In this document: in pieces, positions 19,912-30,242 of the stretch | Numbering within the stretch: the first letter of the stretch is position 1 | Layout of the letters: each line of letters opens with the position of its first letter | IMG/VR virus record: IMGVR_UViG_3300031857_000005 | Span: 124,001-188,000 of that record | DNA: 64,000 nt | Strand: one strand, 5' to 3' | The notes under the pieces: generated by a model | Told to the model about the DNA's origin: nothing | Seen by the model: only the letters and a program-made list of their open reading frames with translations | Databases searched by the model: none | Made by a program: the position numbers and the translations under genes

Positions 19912-20379
19912 TTAACAATATGAACCTGAACAATGTTTTTTACCGTCTAATCCTGGTTTTGTACCTTTACATACTTGTACCGCATAACCATTAGCATATG
20001 CCGAAGGGTAAACCTCAAATTTAGATTTTGCTGCCGCTTTACCACGAGCACATAATTTAGTTCCTGTTTTCTTACGTCCTTCCATCATCATATCATCATC
20101 ATCAATATTCATTGACATTTGCATTCCGTGTTTTTTGGTTTCATTCATTAAAAAATCAAAAACTTGATCCATATTGTTTTTCGCTTCAGAAATATGATCT
20201 TGAGCCCAATCGTGACCATTCTCAAGAATTTCTTCAATCATAGAGTGATCCATATCCAACAACATATCACATTGTCTTCTCATTTGTTGAAGGTTTGAAA
20301 AGAACATATATCTATTACTTTCTTCGTGAGTCTCTCTAAGAACTCTTTTTACTACTCTACTTACTAAATCCGTTTTCAT
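19912..20379 (-). CDS. Hypothetical protein with C-terminal basic YPSAYAN module
   Basis: ORF track; VVKRVLRE N-terminal motif; KLCARGKAAAKSKFEVYPSAYANGY. Confidence 0.7.
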   Translation of the reverse strand: MKTDLVSRVVKRVLRETHEESNRYMFFSNLQQMRRQCDMLLDMDHSMIEEILENGHDWAQDHISEAKNNMDQVFDFLMNETKKHGMQMSMNIDDDDMMMEGRKKTGTKLCARGKAAAKSKFEVYPSAYANGYAVQVCKGTKPGLDGKKHCSGSYC

Positions 20380-20385
20380 AATACG

Positions 20386-21021
20386 TTAAGAATTTAATCC
20401 ATTACCACCAAGGGTAATCATATTTAATTGTGTCACGGAAGCACCATATCCATCTGTCCATACAGGATGAGGTGGAGACACCTGTGTTATTGTACTTCCA
20501 GTTGCTCCACAATCACAACAAATTACACATACGGTAGATTCGGTGCTTGCACTTCTTGGTGGAGTATCTTTTGGGACACACTCCCAACAATCCCCAAAAG
20601 GTCCTTCATCAGGAATTATATTGGGTTCACCTGGATCTGAAGAATAACCTGTATGTGTTGCACAAAATGATTCATTAGTTGATTGATTAGAAAATTGGAA
20701 GACATCTCCCAAGTTTGGTATATCACCATAAGTAGTACAAAAACCTGATAACTCTATCAAAATTTTATCACCACCACATATATTAAATTCTAATGAAATT
20801 AATTCATCCATTTCTGTTTGGATGCAATCACAACAATCTGTGTATATATGATTACCTCCCGCACCTTCTTGTGTGTCTAATGTTACAGAAATTACTTTTC
20901 CACAATATGGACCTATTTCACCAATATAATAATCAATTATATTATTTGGGTAAAGAGTGGTAGTACTACTAATTATAGATTGTTCACCTGAAGTACAACT
21001 TATTACAATATAATTTGCCAT
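20386..21021 (-). CDS. Cys-rich hypothetical virion protein (short paralogue)
   Basis: CxxC modules; C-terminal ~57 aa nearly identical to the neighbour; TATTTAT upstream. Confidence 0.7.
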   Translation of the reverse strand: MANYIVISCTSGEQSIISSTTTLYPNNIIDYYIGEIGPYCGKVISVTLDTQEGAGGNHIYTDCCDCIQTEMDELISLEFNICGGDKILIELSGFCTTYGDIPNLGDVFQFSNQSTNESFCATHTGYSSDPGEPNIIPDEGPFGDCWECVPKDTPPRSASTESTVCVICCDCGATGSTITQVSPPHPVWTDGYGASVTQLNMITLGGNGLNS

Positions 21022-21053
21022 TTTTGTTTTTTATTTATAAATATCACATTATT

Positions 21054-23090
21054 TTAATTATTCAACCCATTTCCGCCTAATGTAACCATATTCATTTGAG
21101 TTACCTCAGTTCCATATCCATCTGTCCATACAGGATGAGGAGGAGCAACTTGAGTTATTGTACTTCCTGTTGATCCACAATCACAACAAATAACACAAAT
21201 TAGTGTTTCTGTATTTGCACTTCTTGGAAATCTTGTATTATCAAAAGTACATTGAATACAGTTATAATATGTTGAAACAGGAGTTATTGTTGTGTAATTA
21301 GGTTCTAATGGACAAGTGTTTAATAAAATATAACATTGTCCATAATTTTGAGTGACGAATACTAATTGAGAGTCAAAATAAGTCATTATATTCCATATAT
21401 CAATTGGGATATTAACAAACTGTTGTCCTCCACCACCACATTTAACAATAGAGGCACCAATTAATGTTCCACTATTACAAGATGTGCAATCACTAAATGG
21501 TGTTACCGTATTTGAAATATATGATACAATAGCATTATCAGTTACAGGGTTATATGGGGATATTAATTCGTGACATTGAAATTCAGTTGTTCCTCTTACT
21601 ACCTTCACATAATCTCCTGTTGTGAATGAATTTGAATTTAAAACGACGATATTATTTTGACCACTACCACATTCTCTCGTTAACCAAATATAAGAATTAT
21701 CAGCATTTAATTCACATTCTGAACAACTTTCAAAAACATCAAAACTAAGAACAGGATAGAATGAGTCATTAATATCCTGAATACCCGTTATTTCAACACA
21801 ATCATCAAGTTGTGGAACATAAAATGTTTTACCAATTGGGTTTTGAACGTATTGATAAGAAAACACAACACCTGTTGTGACTACATCGGTAATTGTTATT
21901 ATTAAATCTAAACTACCCTCAAATAAATCTTTATTGATAGTTATTGTGTCATCTACAGAATATCTAATCCCATTATTAGATAATGAAACACTAGTGACTA
22001 CTCCGCTCATAATGTCAACGTAAAAACCTGAACCAACCCCATTACCCGTTGTTGTACCTGTGAATGGACCATATGTACCATCACCAAGTAAAGAATTTGG
22101 TGATGTAAATGAAAAATTATTGATTAATCCTGTGTTAGTACAACTTGAATAAGTATAATACAATCCCGTACACTGAATACATTCTTGACAATCAGGTTGT
22201 GGGTTATAATCTAAAAATGTTGAAATAGTAACCGCTGATTCTGTTAAATCACCCACTTCAAAACACCCATCAGATGTAGAGAGATTTGATACTTCATTTC
22301 CTTCATAAAATACAGAACCCCATACAACTTCATCTTCTTGTGTTAAACAATTTGTTATAATTCTTTTTTCATTACTAATTGCTAAACACTCATCACAACT
22401 TACTTCCTCGTTTGTACCTAAAATAGAAATTAATGTCCCTGTAGTTTCAGTGGTTTGAATACTATCAACAGTACCACATTGTATATCACCAAAACTATCA
22501 ATAAAGGTTACAATATAATTAGTGTAATCAAAACCAGAAGGAAATTCAATGTAATAAGATGTAAAGGGATCTAAACAGGTATTGACTTGATATGTTGCAA
22601 AATTATTTATTAAACATTCAGTGCAACCCGTATACGAATCACTTATTGATGTCAAAGAATAAATAAAATCTCCGTCTCTTGGTGTAACAAAACAACTAAT
22701 AGTTACACAACCTAACGATTTAATCTCCCCTTCTATTGAAACTGACAAATAATAAATGTCACCTATTGTTGGTAATGTTGTAAAAGTATTGATATCAATA
22801 AAATATGTTTCACCTCTTACACAATCCACAACACTTACCGCAGTGGTAATTCCACTTAAACATTCTTCACAAGATGTATATGATTCATCAAGTGTTGCGG
22901 TTACTTGAGATGTTGTATCTTTTATTATTAATACTCTATAACAATCGGTAGTTCTTGGTTCAGTTAAAACCGTAAATAAATAGGTATTTCCTGTTGTTAT
23001 TGTACTAATTGGATCGTCAACTATAATATTTGTTGGTCTAGCGTCACCAACACAACATTTTATAACGGTTAAATCTTTAAGAGCTGCCAT
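21054..23090 (-). CDS. Cys-rich hypothetical virion protein (long paralogue, repeated CxxC modules)
   Basis: YTSCEECL, YTGCTECL, VSCDECL, DCQECIQC, FESCSECE, FSDCTSCN, YYNCIQCT. Confidence 0.7.
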   Translation of the reverse strand: MAALKDLTVIKCCVGDARPTNIIVDDPISTITTGNTYLFTVLTEPRTTDCYRVLIIKDTTSQVTATLDESYTSCEECLSGITTAVSVVDCVRGETYFIDINTFTTLPTIGDIYYLSVSIEGEIKSLGCVTISCFVTPRDGDFIYSLTSISDSYTGCTECLINNFATYQVNTCLDPFTSYYIEFPSGFDYTNYIVTFIDSFGDIQCGTVDSIQTTETTGTLISILGTNEEVSCDECLAISNEKRIITNCLTQEDEVVWGSVFYEGNEVSNLSTSDGCFEVGDLTESAVTISTFLDYNPQPDCQECIQCTGLYYTYSSCTNTGLINNFSFTSPNSLLGDGTYGPFTGTTTGNGVGSGFYVDIMSGVVTSVSLSNNGIRYSVDDTITINKDLFEGSLDLIITITDVVTTGVVFSYQYVQNPIGKTFYVPQLDDCVEITGIQDINDSFYPVLSFDVFESCSECELNADNSYIWLTRECGSGQNNIVVLNSNSFTTGDYVKVVRGTTEFQCHELISPYNPVTDNAIVSYISNTVTPFSDCTSCNSGTLIGASIVKCGGGGQQFVNIPIDIWNIMTYFDSQLVFVTQNYGQCYILLNTCPLEPNYTTITPVSTYYNCIQCTFDNTRFPRSANTETLICVICCDCGSTGSTITQVAPPHPVWTDGYGTEVTQMNMVTLGGNGLNN

Positions 23091-23092
23091 AA

Positions 23093-24562
23093 TTATTTCT
23101 TATTTACTATTTGAAACTTTATTTCTTTTTTATATGTATTAACTTCACCTGACGATAATACTTTAATATCAATAAAGTATTCATTAGGAATTTTGTCCCT
23201 CGTATCAAAAAGAAAATAATATTCATTTGGTGTTCTATTAATTTTAGTCCAATCTTGAACCCTAACTTCTGTTGATCCTTCCTTAACATATATTCTGTAG
23301 TAAGCATCAACATTTGGTTGTAGTTGATTAGTTGTATATGCCTTTTTAATAACAACACCAACTTTTCTTACATCGGTATTAAGTATTTTTTCATCTTGTT
23401 TTATACCATAATAATCAAAACCATATATTGTTGGTTGTTGAGATTCCGTCCCAATCTGAATAGATTTTTTTAGTGGATAAACATTAAATTCATTTACAAC
23501 ATTAGGAAGAGTAAAACCATTCAATACTATATTGGACCAAGTATCCGTAAATGTACAAGGAACCTGATAACCACCAGGAGGTAAAGGAGGTATTACTACC
23601 TCGTAAACTCCTTTAGCTCTTCTACAGGTTTGTAAATTAGTTAACCCAACAATAGGGTTACCATTACCGTCACCAATACTAACTGATGGGTTATTATCTA
23701 AATTTTGAAAATCTCCGTCTTCATAGATATACAAATATAATTTATTAGATTTTCCTAAAGAAAAACTATTTCTATCATCATCAATAATATCATTAAATGA
23801 TGTTTCTAAAAATGGTTCGTAAAAGGTTTGAGTATGTCTTGTAAAGAAACCAACTTCGTAGGTACCAGTTGTCCCTGATAAAAGTTCCACCTGAGGCATA
23901 TATGCAATCCCCCAACCCGCAACATTTGTTAAAAATCCCTGAAGTATGTCGTTTATTTCAGATGTCATATTAAATTCAATATTCTCATCACCAAATTCAA
24001 AATGTTGGGTGTCAACAATATATAAATCATTAAAGGTAAAAACCCCTGAATTTGTATTACTATATATTCCCGCTTGCTCCCAATTAGTCATTCCTGATGA
24101 TGTGTACCAATTTGACGATCTTGTAGAATAATTTTTATCATTAGGTACTTGAGTCATTAAGTCCGCAAAATCATAACCAACACCTTCATCCCAATATTGT
24201 GGTTGATCAGGATCTAAATCTCTGTACGGTATTCTAAATAAAATTAAATCAAATGATGTTGCTCTTAATCTACCGCTTGATGTTGATGTGTTAAGTAACT
24301 CTTTATCAAAAAAAGATGTATTTGTCATCCTTAAAGTGTGAACCATATTAGGATTACAATTTATTGGAGGTATTGTCCCATCTGAATATTTTTCTTTTAA
24401 TAGATTTAAATCTAAATTAAAAATAAATCTACTAAAACCTATTGGATCTACAATACTACCATTACCATAAAATAATTCCATTACAGGATTTCTTCCGGTA
24501 TTTGTTATACTACCTGATATTAATGTATTGTTTCTACTGAAATACGAATTGTTAATTGACAT
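23093..24562 (-). CDS. Hypothetical structural (baseplate/tail-region) protein
   Basis: ORF track; beta-rich; position next to spike gene; TATTTAT upstream. Confidence 0.6.
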   Translation of the reverse strand: MSINNSYFSRNNTLISGSITNTGRNPVMELFYGNGSIVDPIGFSRFIFNLDLNLLKEKYSDGTIPPINCNPNMVHTLRMTNTSFFDKELLNTSTSSGRLRATSFDLILFRIPYRDLDPDQPQYWDEGVGYDFADLMTQVPNDKNYSTRSSNWYTSSGMTNWEQAGIYSNTNSGVFTFNDLYIVDTQHFEFGDENIEFNMTSEINDILQGFLTNVAGWGIAYMPQVELLSGTTGTYEVGFFTRHTQTFYEPFLETSFNDIIDDDRNSFSLGKSNKLYLYIYEDGDFQNLDNNPSVSIGDGNGNPIVGLTNLQTCRRAKGVYEVVIPPLPPGGYQVPCTFTDTWSNIVLNGFTLPNVVNEFNVYPLKKSIQIGTESQQPTIYGFDYYGIKQDEKILNTDVRKVGVVIKKAYTTNQLQPNVDAYYRIYVKEGSTEVRVQDWTKINRTPNEYYFLFDTRDKIPNEYFIDIKVLSSGEVNTYKKEIKFQIVNKK

Positions 24563-24583
24563 TTATACTTTTTAATATAAATA

Positions 24584-26134
24584 TCAATTAATCCTAATAT
24601 TTTTGTTTAAAATGATATTATCTGCAGTTGCTAGTTTTTGGAGTATTTCACTTGCTAAAGTACCGTCACTTGCGGTTGGTACTGGAGGTACTCCAGGAAA
24701 TGGATGAACATGAAATAAAACGAATCTTGTTAATAGGGTTAAGAAACTTATTAACTCTTCACCTCTAACCATTGAATTAGTGTTATCGTATATTTGATTC
24801 GCTAACATTGGTTGTGGGATTCCATATAATGTATCTTTTAAATTAATTGCAAATTTATCTGTTGATCTATGTGTTAACAAATATAACTTATCACCTCCCA
24901 TAACTGAATAAGTAATAGGGTTTGAAATATAATCTCTTTTATTAACTTCTTCTCTAACAATGTTTTTTAAGATACCTAATTTTGGTGGTGTTTTTTGCCA
25001 TACCAAACCAGAACCTCTTTCTGTATAACCCTTACTTAAAGTTATTTTATTATATAATAATTTAACTTTTAGACAATGTTGGAAATCGTTTATTACATCA
25101 CTGATATCATTAAAATATTGGTATGTTTGGTAACTAGGTCCATAAAAAAATGGGAATTGATCGGATATAGATTCTCCGTCACCCGCAGGATAATTAATGT
25201 ACCCATCAACTTGTATTTTACCTTCATTAACTCCATTAATAAAGTCGTTAACAATTTCGGCAGCATCATTTAAAGACTTACCCGTAAACGTTAAAGTATA
25301 TAATGGTTTTATTGTTGTACCATCCAATATATCAACTGACTCGTTTATTTGAGAAACTTTTGTGTTTTCATTGTCTTTTGGTAATGAATATAATTTGACT
25401 TTACCGTTATATGTTAGTGCGGTTGGAGATAAGTTATCTAACGACCATTCAACATAATATTTAGTTTGGATGTCCTCATATGTCTCCCTTTCAACAACAT
25501 CAGTACCCGCCTCAACATTTTCTAACTGATAACTTGACAATTGTAAGAAAGATCTTCCATCGTTTTTTACCACAGGTATATTATCATTACCTGAAGGTAG
25601 GTATTTACCTGATCTTAATAATGCACTTGATGAACCATCATTAGGGTTCTCAACCATAACTAAATCACTACTACCCCTACCTAAAAATGCATTATCACCA
25701 GGTTTTGGGAAAACTCCCTCAAGAGTCACCCTAACTTTACCTGTTTGAGCATCAATAATTGATTCGGACTGTTTTAATTTTTCACCACTTGCTAATACGG
25801 ACTGAGAGTTGTTGTAGTTTTCAAATTTAGTATTCCAAGGTCGTGATAATGGTCCTTGAATATAAAATTTATTACCATCATACCTTTCTTCGTTATTGGC
25901 ATATATGATATTAACATATTCACCAACTTTTGGTATTTGGGAAATATACATAGGTAATAAAGGTAAAAAAACCAACGGATCCTTTATCGTCCACTTATCA
26001 ATATTAGGATTCCAATCTACAGGATAAATGTATTTAATTAATTCAATTTTAGGTTCAACACGAATTCGACCAATCCCTTTAGGATCGTCAATATCTTTAA
26101 CCTCACCATAAAATATATTTTTATTACTTAGCAT
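24584..26134 (-). CDS. Baseplate central spike/hub protein (gp5/gpV-like)
   Basis: N-terminal OB-fold-type GEVKDIDDPKGIGRIRV..PLLP...IPKVGEYV; C-terminal HVHP apex motif. Confidence 0.72.
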   Translation of the reverse strand: MLSNKNIFYGEVKDIDDPKGIGRIRVEPKIELIKYIYPVDWNPNIDKWTIKDPLVFLPLLPMYISQIPKVGEYVNIIYANNEERYDGNKFYIQGPLSRPWNTKFENYNNSQSVLASGEKLKQSESIIDAQTGKVRVTLEGVFPKPGDNAFLGRGSSDLVMVENPNDGSSSALLRSGKYLPSGNDNIPVVKNDGRSFLQLSSYQLENVEAGTDVVERETYEDIQTKYYVEWSLDNLSPTALTYNGKVKLYSLPKDNENTKVSQINESVDILDGTTIKPLYTLTFTGKSLNDAAEIVNDFINGVNEGKIQVDGYINYPAGDGESISDQFPFFYGPSYQTYQYFNDISDVINDFQHCLKVKLLYNKITLSKGYTERGSGLVWQKTPPKLGILKNIVREEVNKRDYISNPITYSVMGGDKLYLLTHRSTDKFAINLKDTLYGIPQPMLANQIYDNTNSMVRGEELISFLTLLTRFVLFHVHPFPGVPPVPTASDGTLASEILQKLATADNIILNKNIRIN

Positions 26135-26336
26135 TTCTTGATTGGTATTCTTTTAATAAAGTATTATAACTTAATTCTAATTTATCTAAATGATTTGTCA
26201 ACTTTATTACAGTATCTTTAGTTAACTCAAAATCTTTCTGAATAAAATCCATTGCCAATTTTAAATCTTGGTTAGTACTACTTTTGTATTCTTTTATTAT
26301 CTCAACAATTTTAGTTGATTCTATTTTATTTTCCAT
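26124..26336 (-). CDS. Hypothetical coiled-coil protein
   Basis: ORF track, 70 aa. Confidence 0.65.
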   Translation of the reverse strand: MENKIESTKIVEIIKEYKSSTNQDLKLAMDFIQKDFELTKDTVIKLTNHLDKLELSYNTLLKEYQSRNAK

Positions 26337-26340
26337 AATA

Positions 26341-28263
26341 TTAAACTATTACTCCATACGCCGAGTTAGGTATTGTTTGGAATGCCGGTGTCACACTTAG
26401 TGCGGGTATACCAATATCTGCTCTACCGTTTTCGTTAAACTCATCATCAATACCATTTATTATTCCTTTAACTGCCGCTAACATTAGATTCGGACTACCA
26501 TCTGGCATAGGTCCTGTTGGTAATCCTAATTCCTCAAACTCAGTTATCACTCTTAAAAATGCGCTTGTTTTTGAAAATCCTTTTCTCATTTTAGATGCCA
26601 ATAAAAGTGGTAACGGTAATGAATTAGTTTGGGTTTGTATATTAGATAATAATCCCAATAATTGATTAATTATTGATTTACATTCTCTTAAATCTTTAAT
26701 TATGTTTGCAATTTGTACTAATATTGCAGTTAAAGACAAAATCATATCTGTGTATTTTTTTGTTTTTTCTTTTGCAATGTTTTGGATTATTCCTCTAATT
26801 AAATTCTTTATATCTTTTTTAACTATATCAAAAATTATTTTAACAAAAAGTACTGTGACTCTAGAAACAAACTCAACAAAAAAGGTTCTTAATTTTTTTG
26901 CAAAATCCATATATGAATTAATTTCATCAACAAATGTTTTACCTAACGATTTCGCTATAACCATTATTGGTAAAACAATCTTTGGTGATAGTATTGCCAT
27001 AACAATTGCTTTAGGGAATTCTTTTAAAAAACTCAAATCAATGTTAATTTTAAATGGAAAAAATTTATCAGTAACTACATTTGTTAAATCCGCTGCCGCA
27101 TTTATTTGATTGTTATTATTACTACCCTCAATATAATTTAATGTGGCAATTGCGTCTATAATTGACTCTGGATCCACAGGTAATTTAACTGTTTCACATT
27201 CCTCAAACTCAACAACACCATTTTTTATATCAGAAACTTTTTGATCAATAATTCGTAAATCTATTTCACTAAATTCAAAAAACCCATCATCAATGTTATC
27301 AAATTGAGAAACTTTTGATGCTCCCGTGACATCAATCTCCTTGTTTGAATCAAAACATAATCCTAATATTCTTTTAAGAATTAATAATACTTTATTTAAG
27401 TCTATTAATTGGAAATCTCCGTCACCTTTTTTAATTGATAATGCACCAACCAATTGATTCATTAATTGAGCAAAAATATTTTTAAAATCAACAATATTAA
27501 CTGTCTTATAGTAGTCTTCAATAAACTCAGTTACTTTATTACTTTGTCTTGGTTTTAAATCTACTTTATAAAAATTACCAACAACAGTTTGTTGTTGGTT
27601 ATTAACATATGACTCAACATAAGTAATATCAAATAAATTTTGTGTTGATTTACCAAGGTAGTCATTACCAGCAGGTACGGAATATGGTTGGTTAATATTT
27701 TGTATTCTATTATATAACTCCTTATTCATTGAAAATGGGAAACTATTATATACTGGGTTAGTTCTTTCGTATATAATTTTACCGACAGGGCTTGTGGGAT
27801 CTTCCTTTAAGGTGTCCATTAAATCTATTGATTTAACTTTAATATAAACCGATGAGTTTGGCGCATATTCCTGATCTTCTGAACACCCAATTGCCTTAAC
27901 GGATAATTCGTTTAAGATACCTTCTAATTTAGGTTGTATTTCTTTTATTGCCGTAACAAATATTTTTTTTAAATACTTAACAGTTTTAGTGTCACCACTT
28001 TTTTCACCACTATTTGACAATATTTTTGTTAAATCTAATAATTGATCTAATTGATTTTTTTTGTCTCTAATAGTGTTTTCAAACTTATCAACTTTCTTTT
28101 TCGCACTTGATAATTGTTCAGATACTTCTTTTTTATAAATTTCTAAAGATTCTCCTTTTTTCTTTTTTAAGTCTTGAATATCTTTATCTACCTGTTGATA
28201 TTTTTGGGTTGCGGAAATCTTTTTTTGTACAGTTTTATAACCATCACTAATATCTAAAGCCAT
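26341..28263 (-). CDS. Hypothetical protein (baseplate region)
   Basis: ORF track, 640 aa. Confidence 0.7.
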   Translation of the reverse strand: MALDISDGYKTVQKKISATQKYQQVDKDIQDLKKKKGESLEIYKKEVSEQLSSAKKKVDKFENTIRDKKNQLDQLLDLTKILSNSGEKSGDTKTVKYLKKIFVTAIKEIQPKLEGILNELSVKAIGCSEDQEYAPNSSVYIKVKSIDLMDTLKEDPTSPVGKIIYERTNPVYNSFPFSMNKELYNRIQNINQPYSVPAGNDYLGKSTQNLFDITYVESYVNNQQQTVVGNFYKVDLKPRQSNKVTEFIEDYYKTVNIVDFKNIFAQLMNQLVGALSIKKGDGDFQLIDLNKVLLILKRILGLCFDSNKEIDVTGASKVSQFDNIDDGFFEFSEIDLRIIDQKVSDIKNGVVEFEECETVKLPVDPESIIDAIATLNYIEGSNNNNQINAAADLTNVVTDKFFPFKINIDLSFLKEFPKAIVMAILSPKIVLPIMVIAKSLGKTFVDEINSYMDFAKKLRTFFVEFVSRVTVLFVKIIFDIVKKDIKNLIRGIIQNIAKEKTKKYTDMILSLTAILVQIANIIKDLRECKSIINQLLGLLSNIQTQTNSLPLPLLLASKMRKGFSKTSAFLRVITEFEELGLPTGPMPDGSPNLMLAAVKGIINGIDDEFNENGRADIGIPALSVTPAFQTIPNSAYGVIV

Positions 28264-28264
28264 A

Positions 28265-28633
28265 TTATTTTAATTTATAATTTTTATCGTCAGATATGTC
28301 TTTCTCAATTAAATTTTTGATTATATCGTCATCTAAATCAATATCAGATAAAGTAAAGTCGTCTTGTTTTTCTGTTGATTTTTGCCACATTTGAGACTGT
28401 AGTTTTGAAAGAGTTAACTTTTTCTCAACACAGTCATTTATAATTTTTTGTTGTTTTTCAATGACAGGACCAATAAGTTGCATATCTTCAGGTTCCTTCA
28501 TCATTGTTAACATCTTATTTTGAATTCTTATTGCGGTATTCCTTTGCTCAACAAGTTCGTTATATATCTCTTGCATTAGAGATAACATTGATTCTTTTGT
28601 TAAATTGATTTGTTTTTTTTGAGGTCTTGCCAT
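28265..28633 (-). CDS. Hypothetical helical protein
   Basis: ORF track, 122 aa. Confidence 0.7.
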   Translation of the reverse strand: MARPQKKQINLTKESMLSLMQEIYNELVEQRNTAIRIQNKMLTMMKEPEDMQLIGPVIEKQQKIINDCVEKKLTLSKLQSQMWQKSTEKQDDFTLSDIDLDDDIIKNLIEKDISDDKNYKLK

Positions 28634-28653
28634 AACAATAAATACTTAAATTT

Positions 28654-29400
28654 TTATTTTAACATTTCTTGAATTAATTGAAAATAGATTTTGCGGTATC
28701 TTTTAATTGATGATCTAATTTCTTTAGTTGTCAAATTTGTCATCTCCCTCAATTCAAATAAGATAACATTTTTATTAAATTTATTGTTTGATGTATCAAG
28801 AAATATGTCATTATAATTTTCAAACATATCGTATAACGCTTGTCCTAATTTTAATTCTTGTTCGGACATTTGTTTATCAGATAAAGTATCTAATAATTTA
28901 TCTAAAAATTTTTTAATAATATCTTCAGTGGTTATACTATAATCATCAATATGATATATCATATCTGGACTATGTTGTAAATCAGATGAAATATCTTCGT
29001 AAGAAATTTTTCTATTCATTTCTTTTTGGTCTTTCATGATTTGTCCCATCAAGTAATTTTTACATATGGTACCAAAATATGAATACGCCTTTTTTTCTTT
29101 TGATGGTTTAAATTTATCAATTTTAGTCATCAAAAATGAATGAGTATCTATATGGACTTCCTCAAAGTTCATATCTTTTCTGTACAATTTATATCTTCTA
29201 ATGATTGAAGATATCATCTTGTCTAAAGGAAGTTTTAAAAACTCATTATATATTTTATTTTTTTCTTCGAAAGTGTCTGCGGTTAGATACATTCTAACCG
29301 CATTTTCCTCTCTTTCGTCAAAATAATTATTAAGTTTTGGTTTTCTACCTTTCTTTTTTACTTCATCTAATGTGTTTGAATTTTTTTCATTATCATTCAT
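28654..29400 (-). CDS. Putative phage sigma factor (gp55/sigma70 region 2-like)
   Basis: DTHSFLMTKIDKFKPSKEKKAYSYFGTICKNYL resembles the region-2 'FDPEK...F.YF..I..N' segment of gp55-like late sigmas. Confidence 0.55.
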   Translation of the reverse strand: MNDNEKNSNTLDEVKKKGRKPKLNNYFDEREENAVRMYLTADTFEEKNKIYNEFLKLPLDKMISSIIRRYKLYRKDMNFEEVHIDTHSFLMTKIDKFKPSKEKKAYSYFGTICKNYLMGQIMKDQKEMNRKISYEDISSDLQHSPDMIYHIDDYSITTEDIIKKFLDKLLDTLSDKQMSEQELKLGQALYDMFENYNDIFLDTSNNKFNKNVILFELREMTNLTTKEIRSSIKRYRKIYFQLIQEMLK

Positions 29401-30242
29401 TAAACTTCTTGGGGTTCGTATTTTATTTCCCTCTGATTGATGTACATATACTCTTTCTTCGCGGAGTCAATCCAAAATCTAACCTCATCTTCGGTTAATC
29501 TATCATCACCGTTTTTATAATTCCAAAAAATAGATCCTTCTCTTAAGTTTGTATGTTTATAACCAATTCTTGGAATTGACATAAATCTTACTGAGTTATG
29601 TGTCATTCTTAAAAGAAACTCATAACCAAAAGTTAATTTAAATGTTGTTTTTAACATTCCATAATCAACAAACGATTCTTTTTTAATAGCCAATCCTGAT
29701 AATTGGAAGTTTTGATATGACAACAATGTTTCGTTAGTTAAAATACCCATCTCACTTGAGAAGTTTGCCGCAAATGTTGCCTCATTAGTAAACCCAACAA
29801 ATACTCCTTTTTCATCAACATCAACCACGATAGGTAAAAATGCGTCAACATTAGGATAAATGTTTGCATACTCTTTAAAGTTTTTAACCCATATATTTGA
29901 GAATTCATCATCAAACTCAAATATTGTTACCCATTTAGATGTTGCCACCTTAACCCCATGATTAACCTGAGAACAAAAATTAGGTTCTTTAGTCCACTCC
30001 TCAAATTTAACATTTAAATCCCCAAAATCGTATGACTTCAAATGATCACTTAAAAATGTATCATTAGTGTGTACAATAACAATCTCATCAAATTGTTCTT
30101 TTTGTAATTTTAATGAAGTAATTGCCTTATCAAGGTACTCCTCAAAAAATCCTGTTTTACCTGTTCTAATCGGTAATATAACCGAAATTGTATTCTTTTC
30201 CATATTATTCAATTGTTTCAAATTTAGATAGTTGATCTTCAA
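29400..30242 (-). CDS. Glycosyltransferase, GT2-like (GT-A)
   Basis: ISVILPI..., NFCSQVNHGVKVATSKWVTIFEFDD. Confidence 0.75.
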   Translation of the reverse strand: MKINYLNLKQLNNMEKNTISVILPIRTGKTGFFEEYLDKAITSLKLQKEQFDEIVIVHTNDTFLSDHLKSYDFGDLNVKFEEWTKEPNFCSQVNHGVKVATSKWVTIFEFDDEFSNIWVKNFKEYANIYPNVDAFLPIVVDVDEKGVFVGFTNEATFAANFSSEMGILTNETLLSYQNFQLSGLAIKKESFVDYGMLKTTFKLTFGYEFLLRMTHNSVRFMSIPRIGYKHTNLREGSIFWNYKNGDDRLTEDEVRFWIDSAKKEYMYINQREIKYEPQEV

